Shown: positions 25,926 to 38,619 of the stretch, in pieces
How positions within the stretch are numbered: the first letter of the stretch is position 1
How the letters are laid out: every line of letters begins with the position of its first letter
DNA from: Octopus sinensis
Taxonomy: Eukaryota
NCBI RefSeq assembly: GCF_006345805.1
Contig: NC_043002.1
Coordinates: forward strand, 9,982,001 to 10,046,000
Reading direction: 5' to 3'
DNA: 64,000 nt
The notes under the pieces: generated by a model
The model's database searches: none
What the model was told of the DNA's origin: nothing
The model's input: the letters and a program-made list of their open reading frames with translations, nothing else
Made by a program: the position numbers and the translations under genes

Positions 25926-26289
25926 TGATGAATATATATGCACACACACAAGGATACACACACTCACATCAATCTCACCTCCATACAGACACACATACAT
26001 ACATACACACACACACATAACACCAAGACAACCACACACGCGGTCGACAAACGGACACACCAACCTACCAGATCTTACAGACACACAGACACATCTATTC
26101 ACACCACATATGTATGTATACACGCACACACACACACACACACACAAAGACACACACACTCACCCCATCCTGACCCCAAAATCATTGATGCTTGAAGGAG
26201 AGACAAAAAAAGAAAAAGGGTAAATTCTTTTCAGTTCCACATTACTCCTCCTTTTACGCTACCATATCGGACAGGTCAGTTTTAGCTTC

Positions 26290-26700
26290 ACCACTATTAT
26301 AATGTAAATCTTTTTGAACTAATAATATTCTGTACGTGTATACTGAACTTTTTTAATAATTCCTCCTGGAAATTATCTTGAGATGTATAATATATTTGTT
26401 GTAATCTTTTGTGCCCATTATTTCAATGAGCTTGTTAAACTTTTTTATATTCTCAACATGCTCTTGTCACCAAAGAATGTATATTTATATGGATTATAGT
26501 ACTCTGTGTCAACCAATATTCTGTGCATGTTTGAATATACAGATACAGTACCAATATCAATTCCTTCTGGAAATATCTTAAGCATGTCCTTGAGAACGAT
26601 TACTTATGTAGTAATCTTTTGTGCCCAATATTTTAAGGAACTTGTTGAAATTTTTTATGTCCTTAACATGTCCCTGTTACCAAAGACTGTAATGTAGCAA
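26290..26700 (-). pseudogene. Unidentified protein-like fossil with a 210-bp tandem period
   Basis: GTAATCTTTTGTGCCCA at 26401 and 26611. The - strand gives NFNKFLKILGTKDY / KFNKLIEIMGTKDY and KIFPEGI..TEYY / KIFPGGI..TEYY after frameshifts. Confidence 0.5.
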
Positions 26701-26811
26701 TTTGCAACAACCAATAATTAACGCAACCAAACTTCTACATGTTACTTTTGACAATCTTTTTCCAAAGAGTGAAACCGGTAAAGTAAATAAACATCTTTTA
26801 AATTGCATTTT

Positions 26812-26849
<38 letters not shown>

Positions 26850-26852
<3 letters not shown>

Positions 26853-27065
26853 CGGAGATGTAATTGCATAGCAAGTGATTTGATCTGAGATCGTGTGCTG
26901 AAACGAAAACAATTGCAGCGTAAAAGGTGTTTGTAAGCCATTTAAGAAACACACAAAAGCCGTTCGATTCACTTCAACATTTACGTTTCATTTGTCAAAA
27001 TATTTTCGTCGCTTTAAGACCGCGACCTGTTCACTGACAAAAATCCGTGCTGCATCTGAGAAAGT
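26850..27065 (-). mobile_element. Short interspersed element next to (TA)n, probably a PLE pseudo-LTR, with a hammerhead-topology motif
   Basis: Three-way junction on the - strand at 26990-27044 (see findings). Abuts the (TA)n tract at 26815-26850. Confidence 0.45.
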
Positions 27066-28589
27066 AACAGTTAGTTCGTTATATATATGTACGTATGTAT
27101 GTGTGTATGTATGTATGCACGCATGTATGCATGCATGTATGTATGTATGTACGTACGCCTGTGTGTATGTATGTGTGTATGTATGTATGTATGTATGTGT
27201 GTATATGCACGCACACACACACTATAAACTTAAAGCTATAAACCTGTAGAGATGGATAGATGTAGACTGACCACTCATCTCAACAATATCAAATTTCAAA
27301 CTCACCCGCCGAAACTGGAAGTGATTTACGACCCTCACCCCCAAGACAAAGCCCTAAAACCTATTATCAGTCACTTATCTCTATATCACAAAACTTTTGT
27401 TTTACAATTACTTATTTTTTATTTATTTATTATTATTATTATATATATATATATATTTTTTTTTCCTTTTCTCCCTTTCATCTAGTTAGTTCAGGTTATA
27501 TATATACGTATGTATGTGTGTATGTATGTATGTGTGTATGCACGTACGTACGCATGTGCGTATGTATGTATATGCGCACGTATGCATGTGCGTATGTATG
27601 TGTGTGTGTACATGTACTTGCGTATGTACGTGCGTAAGCCCATACGCATGTATGTATGTATGTATGTACATATGTGCTACGTATGTATGTGAGTATCTAG
27701 GAGAATGGGCAGACGCGTCTGTGTGTGTGTGTGTGTACATGTGTAAGTGCATGTGTAAGTGCATGTAAGTGCATGTAAGTGCACGTGTACTGGTATGTGT
27801 CCGTCTAAGTTGTGTACTTGACTGTTACTTTGTTGAAGGTTGTATATATACACACATATATGTTTGTTTGTTTGTTAGTTTGTATAGACGCACACGCATA
27901 CATATATGTGTGGGTGTGTGTTTGTTCCTCTCATCATCGTCTAACGGTGAATGGATACAACGTCTAGGTGCAACTGTGCACATATAACCATATACATATA
28001 CACAAGTACACAAAATCATATAGACACACTCATAAATATACTTATAATCTTAAATTATATACTCATATATGCTAATCCACTTCTACATACATATGTCCTA
28101 TTACACACGTACACATATAACCATATACATATACACAAGTACATACAATCATATAAACGCCCACATAAATATACTTATAATCTTAAATTATATACTCATA
28201 TATGCATATCTCCTTCTACATACATATGTCTTATTACACACATACACACACACACACGCACACACACACACACACGCACACACACGCATAAACATACATA
28301 CGCACACACACACACACGTACATACAAAATATGATACAGTATTCGAGGGTAACGGTTAAAAATCGAACCTGCATTGTATTAACCTATCTGCTCTTTTTTA
28401 TATTTTATATATGCATAAACGCAGTCATATACAATACATACATCCATACACACTCATATGTGCACGCATGTGCATTTTTTTCTATAGCACCACACACGCA
28501 CATACGTATCAAACAACGGTTATATGTAACTGCACATAAGTGTTTTAGCACCACGCATTGCAACATGTATGTAAGGATTACATGTAAAC

Positions 28590-28885
28590 GAGAGAGAGGG
28601 TTGGTTATGGAATGGTCCTCCTGAATGGGATCTGGATGTTACTCCATTCGGATTTTCGGTTGAGAGTAGGTTTGTATTCTTGTCTACGAACAGCTTCTGT
28701 GACCTGTCTCAACATTGCATCGGTGGGATGTGTTGATAGGATGTTTAACTTAAGTTTCCCTAAGGATCCCTTGTGGCAGTCTACAGCATGTTGATAGGAG
28801 TTTGGCTTCCTTTCAATGTAGTTGTCCAGGTGTTCTTAGAGCCTATCATAGATACTCCTAGAAGTCTCACCTATGTATGACACTG
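28590..28885 (-). mobile_element. GIY-YIG endonuclease C-terminal fragment (PLE type)
   Basis: - strand [43 protein letters not shown]. Confidence 0.8.
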
Positions 28886-28896
28886 TTATATATATA

Positions 28897-28980
<84 letters not shown>

Positions 28981-29129
28981 CATACATATATATGTGTATG
29001 TCTGTGTAAATATATATATATATACATATATATAAACATATATCACACATATATATATATATATAAAAATATATATCATATATATATACATATGTATATA
29101 TACATATAATATATTAATAAATAAAACAT

Positions 29130-29375
29130 ATGCATATATATATACATATATGTACGTACCTACCTCTACATGTATATATACACGCATATATGAGTACAGG
29201 ACACCAAAAAAACGTCGAACACAATGAGAAACGAAAACATAGACACAAACCCAAGGAACAGGACATTTTTTTAAACAACAAAAAAATAGAATACAGGACA
29301 ATTAACACAAAGAAAAAACCCCTTCTTCAGTCGCCATGGTTTCATCTACTCTACGTTTCGAAGGTGAAGGCGAGT
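29130..29375 (-). mobile_element. PLE-like pseudo-LTR (family also at 38030-38212 and 51060-51560)
   Basis: Shared GAGTACAGGACACCA..AACGTCGAA segment. - strand CCTTC-GAAAC-GTAGA-GTA...CTGAAGA-AGGGG. Confidence 0.6.
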
Positions 29376-29408
29376 ACATATATATGTATACATGTGTGTA
29401 TGAGAGTG

Positions 29409-29484
<76 letters not shown>

Positions 29485-31425
29485 CCTCTCAGCATAATCT
29501 CACCTGTAGCCACTGTAGCAACATGATAATTGTGATGTGTTTGTAGACGTAATCTAGCCAACACATGAAAGACTGCTGGCAATAACAAGAAATATAGATT
29601 TCTGTATCTAAAGAAGCGTAGACGTTTGAAGAAAGAATTTGCATATACGCAAGTGGCAGGTACATCAATAACAATCATCTGATTATGAAATTTACTTTAA
29701 GCGCCATATTTCAGTTTATTGACATTTATTATATTATTTCGAAAGGGATTGCTCAACACGCAGAGGTGTGATTTCCATTTAACATCGTTTCAATCCTGGA
29801 AGTATAAATTGGAGCATATCTGCTACAATATGGGCTGGTCTGCAACCTGTAAAAGAAACTAATATATAATCACATTTCTTTGAATAGGAGAGGTGTGTTG
29901 TACGAACATATATACTTTTAAGAAAAATATAGTATAATTGTAAGAGAGTAAATTTCATAACATATCAGAATTGAGAACATATCATTAAAGCAGCCCGTAC
30001 GTGGGATTGTCATAAAACTGTCTGTTTAAATATGACAGTGGCTGAAATGGATTATGAAAAAGTGGGCTAGAAAAGGGATGAAAAATTATGGATATCTGAA
30101 AATCAAATGGTAGGCTGTGTGATATTAGTTGGACTCTTGGAAATTCCTCTAAATATAAAAAAAAAATTAGAGGGCCTATTCAAGAAATAAAGGATGATTT
30201 GTATTTTTATAGCATTCATAGTTTAGCTTTCTGTAAATATTCTTGACGCTCGACTACATATATTTCCTCCCGTCTCCACCGGTGTTGTTTCTTTCCTCTT
30301 TTTGTTATATTTTCTCGTTGTTTCTCTCTGATCCGAATTCTATATCTATGCAGTCTTTCTTGGGCACCTTGCAACCGTGTACCTTGTGAATCTAGAATTT
30401 AGGCTAAATTAACTCTCATAAAAGAATATCAATTTTTTAAGCAACAGACGATACATAATAGCCCCTATGCGTTAAGCGATGGTCCTCATAAAAAAAAATT
30501 CACCACAACCTCTATCTGCCTCTCTCTTTCTCAATATAATTCCCTACCCTGTCCATCTCTCTCTATCTACCTTTCCCGTCAGTTAACTTTTTAACCACGT
30601 AATAAATATTCATTCAACACCCGACTGCGCTTCGTTAATACTTTTGTCACTTTTTCTCTTGTCGTCTGTTTCTCTTATTCTTCGCATCTACCTTCAGCTG
30701 ACCATGTGACGCATTTGACCGAAGTGTATTAATATTAATCACCTTCATCTACTTCCTGCTTTTTTATTTCTTCACCACTTTCGCCCCTCCCATCTCTCTC
30801 TCTCTTAATTTTACTCCACTTTTTGATCACTCCACCTCTCCCTCCCTAACTAACTAATGTTTAACGGACAAAAATTAAATAGAATATAAATCAATATAAG
30901 ACCAATTAGTGCATCTTTACATCGTATCTTATGAGGTTGTAGTGGTAAAATAAGTTATGGAATAGATGTTCAATGAAATAGTGTATATCGTGACAAGAAT
31001 TTCACTGAAGCATGTTACAATTGGGACACGTAATTGGCAAGCTCCAAGAAGGAAGAAACGTGTCGGAATTTCCCATGAATCTTTGCTGCAGGTGTTTTTG
31101 ATTCTCTTCGATATTATATGTTGAGTATTAAACACATCTACGAACAGATTTTCTCTGAGATAAAAAAGCTCGGCGGCATACAGTGTAAGGCAGATGGCAA
31201 TCCCAAATGCACACTTTGACTGACACAGCCTGTGCACATAGACCTTTTGGGTTACCTTACAGCACTTTCATTAAGAGATGCTTAATACTTTCATTCACTT
31301 TTCCAGTGCTTCTGGCAGTTAACTCAACTAGTTGTAGAATGTTGACTAAAATCTAAGTGGCATCTACTCTCGTAGACAGTTCAGATTTGCCTCTCTTTCA
31401 GCATTTAGTGTTCACGACAAGGTAA

Positions 31426-32354
31426 TGTTACGACGGGTGGGACCTCCGATTGGAAACTGTTACGGAAATCCTCACACAGGCCCGTTCGATGCAGCGAATA
31501 AGCTACGGAAACTCGTCGGAGAGAGGAGAGAGAGAGAGGAGATATACACAACAACAACAACCGCAGCAGCACAGAGACACAGAGGCAAAACGGCAACACT
31601 GGCAACATTCAACAACAGTTTATATGACAATCAATTGTTACAACATCAAGATACATTTAAAGGAAACATGCACGTGACAACTCAATACATCTCCACAACA
31701 AATGTATTGACACGTATCAATACATAATCAAATACCTTAATTCCTAATTGAATCGCCAGTGTCCCATATTGCACTCCATCTCTCTCCGTACCGCCTATTC
31801 CTCCGTACATATTCCCCTCTGTGCCGCCAAGCTCTCGCATCCCAGCTTGCTTGCTCCTAAAATTCCAACTCCTTGCCGACTTCCAAGATCCGTCTGTGCT
31901 CTTTGACGACCGACTACCAACTACCTCAAAACCTCACTTGCTCTCTGCTTATACCCTCTCTATCTGCCCTGGTCCCTAACTGCCTATCTCTATCGCCTGC
32001 TGCTTATCACCCTCTCAAGACAGCTCTGCCATACTCTCTGCCTGTCCTCCTCTCTCACTGCTAATATCCTCTCTATCTGCCCTTAGATTCCTTACTCTAT
32101 CTTTTTCTCACTACTGCTAGATTCTTCCTCACATCTGTCCCTTAGCCTTATACTCTATCTCTCTCACTACTTTTCTTCCTCTTCTTCAAGGGGTGTCTAG
32201 GACGACCTCCAATCGACCGCACAAGGCCACAAGGTCCCTCCCAAACCCCATTAATCTCCCAGCAAACAAAGGGCTGTCTCTTTTCTTCCAGAGCTGCCGG
32301 CACCATCATTCACGAAGTGGGTCAGAAATACTGCACTAGCCAAAACCCATAACA
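31426..32354. mobile_element. Solo LTR (929 bp), Ty3/Gypsy-like
   Basis: TGTTAC...CATAACA termini; 4-bp TSD GTAA at 31422-31425 and 32355-32358; empty site with a single GTAA at 11871-11874. A TATA-like GGGTATAAG on the - strand near 31950 suggests - orientation. Confidence 0.9.
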
Positions 32355-32600
32355 GTAACAATGTCGAAATGAATGCATCCATTGATCAGGGTAGAGGTTA
32401 CTGCGAACTTAGAAAGTTTTGTCTTCAGCCTGAGGTTTTCTCCACGAAGAATGCAGTGAATAGCCTTCTCATGGGTATGCATACATACACACGCGCGCGC
32501 ACACACAGACACACACACACACACATATACAAAGACACACACACATACAAACACACACACATATATATATATATATATGCATATATCTATATCAATCTAT

Positions 32601-32647
<47 letters not shown>

Positions 32648-32653
32648 ATATAT

Positions 32654-32685
<32 letters not shown>

Positions 32686-33282
32686 TGAAGAGCGCGTGTT
32701 AACAGTAAAACATTGGGTCATACTTGCATCAAACATCATCTCTACTGTAACCACATCGTTCACAATGTTGCAGTACTTCTTTATACACAAATTGTGGTAG
32801 ACACCAAGCCCCTGAAAACCATGGGCCATGCAACCCCCTCTGGGGTCTCTGCAAACTGAAAATATCAAACAAATAATTTGTGATTCGAAGTGAAACGTTG
32901 CTTTGCTTCATTATACATATCATACGTACGTCCATTTTTCCCTGTCTAACTTTCCCGCCAGCTAACCTTTTAACCACGTAATATGTATTCATTTTCCACC
33001 CCACGCACCTCCTAATACTTCTCTATTGCTTTTCTCTCATCGTCTTTTTCTCTCGTACGTATGTTTGTATGTATGTCATTATTCACTCTAATTCCAAGAT
33101 TTACTGCCGATAGAGAAGGAGCTGATTGCTGCCCTATATTCAAGTATCCTTCACTGGAATTTTAACATCAACAACAGGGTATTTTTGTATGCGCAGATAT
33201 CTATGTTTTGTTTTATGTATGTATTCTCATGCATATATTTGCATATATAGACATGCTCATGTATACATTTCTCACATTATTT

Positions 33283-34205
33283 ACATTTGACGGATACTTG
33301 TCCCCATCTTGTTTGTCGTGAACACAACGTTTCGGCTGATATACCCTCCAGCATTCATCAGGTTGATTTGTCAACGTTCATATATTGAGGCCATGCGACA
33401 GTTGCGCAAGGTGACATAAAAAGCTGGTCTCCATTGAGTGTGTGATCCAATAGAGTAGAGAGATATGAATAAGTGATAATAATTTAAAATCTTCAGGAGT
33501 AATAAAGACAGAAACTTAACTAATTTAAAAACTAAAAACTTCTGCATAAAAATATTATAAATAATTATTTTTTATTAACATGTCAAAGAATAATGTCATC
33601 AATATTTTATTAACATGTCAAAAAATAATGTCATTCAAAAGGATCTTCTTTTCTTAACAAGAGGTAGGTTTGGTTACATGAAGCTTGGCTTTCTTAAGAA
33701 CGTGCTGAAGTAGACATACATAGTCAAATTATACTAAAAGACCAATCATATATTATTGATGTTTTTATAGCATGTTCAGTTGTGGCTCTTGTTTTTTCAT
33801 AAATAAATTCTCCTGATATATTTTAGTTTTTTCTGTGATATTTTTTACATATTGACAGAGTAGAAAGAAATCTAGGATTTGATTTTCGCGCATGTGCTCC
33901 AATGTTCAATAAGGGGAATTTTTATAGCTGTAGGACCTCGTATTTGTTGATGGTGAATAGTCACTCCTATTCTGAAAGTGATTTTAGTTTGTTCAGTGTA
34001 ATCTTCGCTGCATCCATTGCATTTGTTGGCATATATTAATTTTTGAAAGTACAAGTATAATGTGTTTTTACATTAAAAACACTTGTCTCCATTTCAATTT
34101 ATAAACTGTATACTCAATAAAGTTGTCAAAAATTCCACAAATAGCGCGAAGGCACTTTTATCTGTTGGAAACCGTTGTTGGTTTTTTTGTTGTTGAGAAG
34201 TAGTT
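33283..34205 (-). mobile_element. Penelope-like element 3' fragment (paralog of 13322-14255), hammerhead at 33321-33365
   Basis: ORF 33872-34054 is a decayed GIY-YIG. The hammerhead core is identical to 13371-13415. Confidence 0.8.
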
Positions 34206-34230
34206 TTTTTTAGACAGGAGTCAAAAATGG

Positions 34231-36555
34231 ATTAAATTCTATAGCAAATGATAAGGGAACAGTACCTATTCAAATTTATAGTGAGTATCAAATTTTATAA
34301 CTGGGGCAATACATGTTAAATTTTAAAATAGAATTGGGAAAATGTGCAATTCCATGATTAAAGTAAGGTTAATTTTGTTGACTTTAAAGTGAATTAAAGG
34401 TTGGTATAGTATATTTCATATTATTATTATATTAAAAAGATACAGTTAGAGAAAGTAGGAAACACTTTAACATTTCTATTTAAGATATTTTAAAGTTCTA
34501 ATTTTTGAATCAAAGCAAGACTGACCTAACTCTAGACGATTATTTAGTAGATTTTTATTTCTTCGATACTTTAAAATCTTGTAGGTCTCCATAGAACAGA
34601 GTTGACAGCCGATTCTATTATTTCTGTAAGGTTTTGCCCTCCTAACTATTTCCCATTTTAGGTTATATTTAATATTATTAGCTTTGAGTTCCCAAATTTT
34701 ACTAGATAATGTAGTGCAACCTGTTCTAATCTGAAAGAGGAAAGATAATTGTTCATCCTCTGTTTAAAATTAATAGAACAACCGATATAAAAAATGTTAC
34801 TATTAGAAGTTATTATACTACATTTATAGATTACATTTTGAACTGAACAACGACTAGATGCCGGACAATTTGATCTAATCCTACAATTGCAACTAGGGGG
34901 ATAATTTTCAGATTTGGAATTATTTAAGGACTGTTCTCTCACATTACTGTTATTCAAATTATCATAAATATTATTCTCATTATTATTGTTAATATTGTTA
35001 TCCAAAATGGGGTTACTATTTATTGATCCATTCACACTATCATTCACATCTAATATACCAATACCACTATTATCTACATTATTGATGTTGCTGTTATTAT
35101 TTGTATTTATATCAAAGTTATTATTACTGCCATTGATATTATTGCTATTATCATTTTAGTATTACTTTTATTTATATTATCCCTATTATTATCATTATAA
35201 TTATTTTTATTAATATTATTGATATTATTATCATTGTTGTTGCTCTCACTTTGATAATGATTATTATTATTATTATTATTATTTTTGATACTATTATTAC
35301 AATTATTATTACTATTCATGTTGATACTAAACGTACTACTACTGGCTAACTTAATGTTTTTACTATTAAGCCTAGCTATTATGGTGGACATATTTGGGAG
35401 GGTTGAATATGAAATCCTAACTGTTCTCTTAGAAATCATTTTATGGTATTTATGGGAGGCTGGAAAATTTTTTTCTAGTATAGATTTGAATTTACTGTAT
35501 ACATTCGATAAAAGCGCATAATTAAAGGGAATATTTAGCCAAATGATATTTTCTTTTTTATATTTTCTTAAATTAGAGTTGAGGTGAGATGTATTATTAC
35601 TATTCTCACGAGAATTATTATTCGTATTACTTTTATTTGCATGTTTTTTAGATTTATCTAGATTAGTTTTTTCAAAGTTACTTATGCACTGGTCAATATT
35701 TTTAATCTTATAATTTGGTTTATACACTAGATTTTTCGTCACCCTAAATCTATTTTTATGCCGGGCACGATAGTTATTATTGTTTAGGTTATTTATATTC
35801 TCTTCCTTGTTTGGAAGATACAAACTATCCTTATCTAGAAAGGTGATTTCATGATCATACCCTGCTTTAGATAATGCGGTATTATAATGTTTTGAGTGAG
35901 AGTTGAATATATCACTGTTAAATGACATTTTGGAAATTCTTAGGGAGATATTTTTAACTAATGATTTTATTATATTTGGGGGGTGATTAGATAACTTATT
36001 TACATATTTAGTGATTTCGCCTTCCTTTCTAAATGGGTAATGTAGCTTAGAATTAAGGTTTAAGGTGATATCTAGGGAATTAACTAACTTAGTGCCAGGT
36101 TCATAAGTAATGCCAAGGTTAAAATCTTTAAAGAACTTATTAATTTTCTTCTTAATCCTTTCAATGCTTGATTTACTATTGTTAGGAACAACAAACAGAG
36201 CATCATCCCTATATAGACCACCTTGTAATTCAGGGATCTCCCTTTTTAAGCACTTTATTAAATATGTACCTACTAGATTCGTTATCTCAGCTGAATCGCT
36301 GGAGCCCATGGGTATATCAAAATTATTAGGGGTATCTGCTCTAGTCCATAATTTACCTTCAAATTCAATGATAGTTTTTCTAGCTAATTGACTTTAAAGT
36401 CAACAAAATTAACCTTACTTTAATCATAGAATTGCACGTTTTCCAAATTCTATTCTAAATTTAACATGTAATACTATTCTCCCAGTTATAAAATTTGATA
36501 TTCACTATAAATTTGAATAGGTACTGTTCCCCTACAATTTGCTATAGAATTTAAT
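34231..36555 (-). mobile_element. Penelope-like element (Nematis-like): RT, Asn-rich linker, GIY-YIG, with about 160-bp inverted termini
   Basis: ORF 35107-36309 MGSSDSAEITNLVG..GLYRDDAL..SNHPPNIIK; ORF 34658-35047 CNCR..CP..C..VIYKC..FYIG..FKQRMNN; downstream KWEIVRRAKPY..CQLC..LLNNRLEL. 34231-34390 is the reverse complement of about 36393-36555. Confidence 0.92.
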
Positions 36556-37245
36556 CGACCTCTAGACAATGACCTAGATTTTTTTCACCATATGAAAATA
36601 AAAATAAAAATAAAAATAAATAGCCTCCTATTCTATTGTTAACCTTGATTTCCTTACTGTATCTTTCTCTGCTGATAACCTAAGACCCTCTTATAGCTTT
36701 CCTTATATCTCCTTTTCTCCTAACTCCTACTAAAAATTCTGATGGCTTTCATTTGAAAGTTAGGTCTGGTCAACTTCACAGTCTCCTAAGAATTTAATGT
36801 TCCTCCCACACTGACCTAAATTTTCTGTCACCATAAAAATAGACTGACCCTTTATTCTAGTGTCAATCTGTTTTTGTCCTTTTGCATCCCCTAAATTTTT
36901 TCGCCTTCCTTTCTTTTCTCTAGCTAACCTGCTTCCTAACCTACTACCATTCCTATATCTAAAGAAATTTTTCTTGCAACAGTTAGCTGTGAACTTAATC
37001 TTGGTCTGCTTGGCATCCTTCTTCATGTTCCTGAAATTCATATCTACAGCTTTATCGGTATATTTACCTTCTATAGGATGTTACTAATTGATTTGAGAAC
37101 TTTACATTATTGGAAAACCTATATGAAATTAGCTGAAGATTACTTGACATATTATATTTGCTGTAATATTTGCAGCTTTAATAAATTGTTATAATATGAA
37201 ACAATTGTACTAAATTACCGGATCCATTCTTGTTGCTTATTTTTG

Positions 37246-37299
<54 letters not shown>

Positions 37300-37309
<10 letters not shown>

Positions 37310-37660
37310 TTATAAATAAGGGCAAACGAAAAAATTTCTAATGTTAAATATGCTGAAAATTGGACATATTGTCCATTTACCATATAATCTTTTTCCCCAG
37401 TACGCTCGTTACTCGAAAAAAGGTCGACAGAAATCTCTAAAAAAATTCCATTATTGCCATATCGGACCGATTTCAGGGTTAGTTCAAAAAGAACCCTCCC
37501 TTCGTCAGTGATACATGTGGCAAAGAAGTAAATGAGACACTTACTCATACCCATGGAAGAAGCAAACGGTAAGTCATGAGCACTACTAAGTAGCCCAAAT
37601 AAATCCCAAATAGAAATACTCCTGCCTATTCAAGAAACGTGCGATTTGAACTGATATATC
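37300..37660 (-). mobile_element. PLE pseudo-LTR
   Basis: Contains the hammerhead at 37459-37514; bounded by (TA)n. Confidence 0.65.
37459..37514 (-). ncRNA. Type I hammerhead ribozyme motif
   Basis: - strand GTATCA-CTGACGA-AGGG-AGG-GTTC-TTTTT-GAAC-TAA-CCCT-GAAAT-CG-GTC-CGATAT. All three stems are formable. Confidence 0.75.
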
Positions 37661-37764
37661 CTACATTAGATATATATATATAGATTTGAACTGAATATCC
37701 TACATTAGATATAAATATATATATATATCTAATGTAGGATATTCAGTTCAAATCTCTCTCTCTG

Positions 37765-37839
<75 letters not shown>

Positions 37840-37918
37840 AATATGTATATATAAATATATATATATATATATATTATATATATGTATATATATGTATGTA
37901 TATATATATATTATATAT

Positions 37919-37961
<43 letters not shown>

Positions 37962-38029
37962 ATATATATATAAATATATATGTGATAAATAAAAATATAT
38001 GCATACATACAAACATATCTGTACGTACC

Positions 38030-38212
38030 TACATCTACATGTATATATACATGCATATATAAATAATTATACGTGAGTACAGGACACCACAACAAGACGT
38101 AGAAACGGGAAAAACAAAAAAGCAAAAAAACAGTTACAGGACGTGCTACACAAGGAAAAAAAAACCCCGTCATCAGCTGTAGCTAGTAGACTCAAGAATG
38201 TTTCGAAGGCAA
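38030..38212 (-). mobile_element. PLE-like pseudo-LTR (same family as 29130 and 51060)
   Basis: - strand GCCTTC-GAAAC-ATTCTTGA-GTC-TACTAGCTACAG-CTGATGA-CGGGG. Confidence 0.6.
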
Positions 38213-38619
38213 TATATATATATATATATATATATATGATTGTACGTCAACAGTTATCTCGTTGGATATTAAATATCTAAATGAAGAATTTTTGATTGGA
38301 TTTACTTACATATTTGGTTAATTCGTAGCTGATAATGTTGGCATTCTATTAGTTTGCAATCTGTTTTTGATTTTACGATTCCTTTCTGACCATTACACAA
38401 GCATGTTTCTTCGTAGTAACAACCTTGGCAATCTGAGTTCAGAATAAAATAAGGTATATGTTTATAAATTAAAAGAAAAACACAGCACTTCGTTATTTAA
38501 AAGTGGAAGCAATGAACTTTCTATTTGTGTATTTTCGAACCTAAGGACTTCCCTGTAAATGTAATTCCACGAAATATTATTTTCTCCTCTGAGCACAAAG
38601 CCTGAAAATTTGGGGCAGA

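Noticed and set aside
36560-37250. Basic ORF 36760-37041 as the N-terminus of the Nematis-like PLE
   Set aside because: No PLE motif was recognised and there is only a faint LINE-like KKNFFRY similarity; left unassigned.
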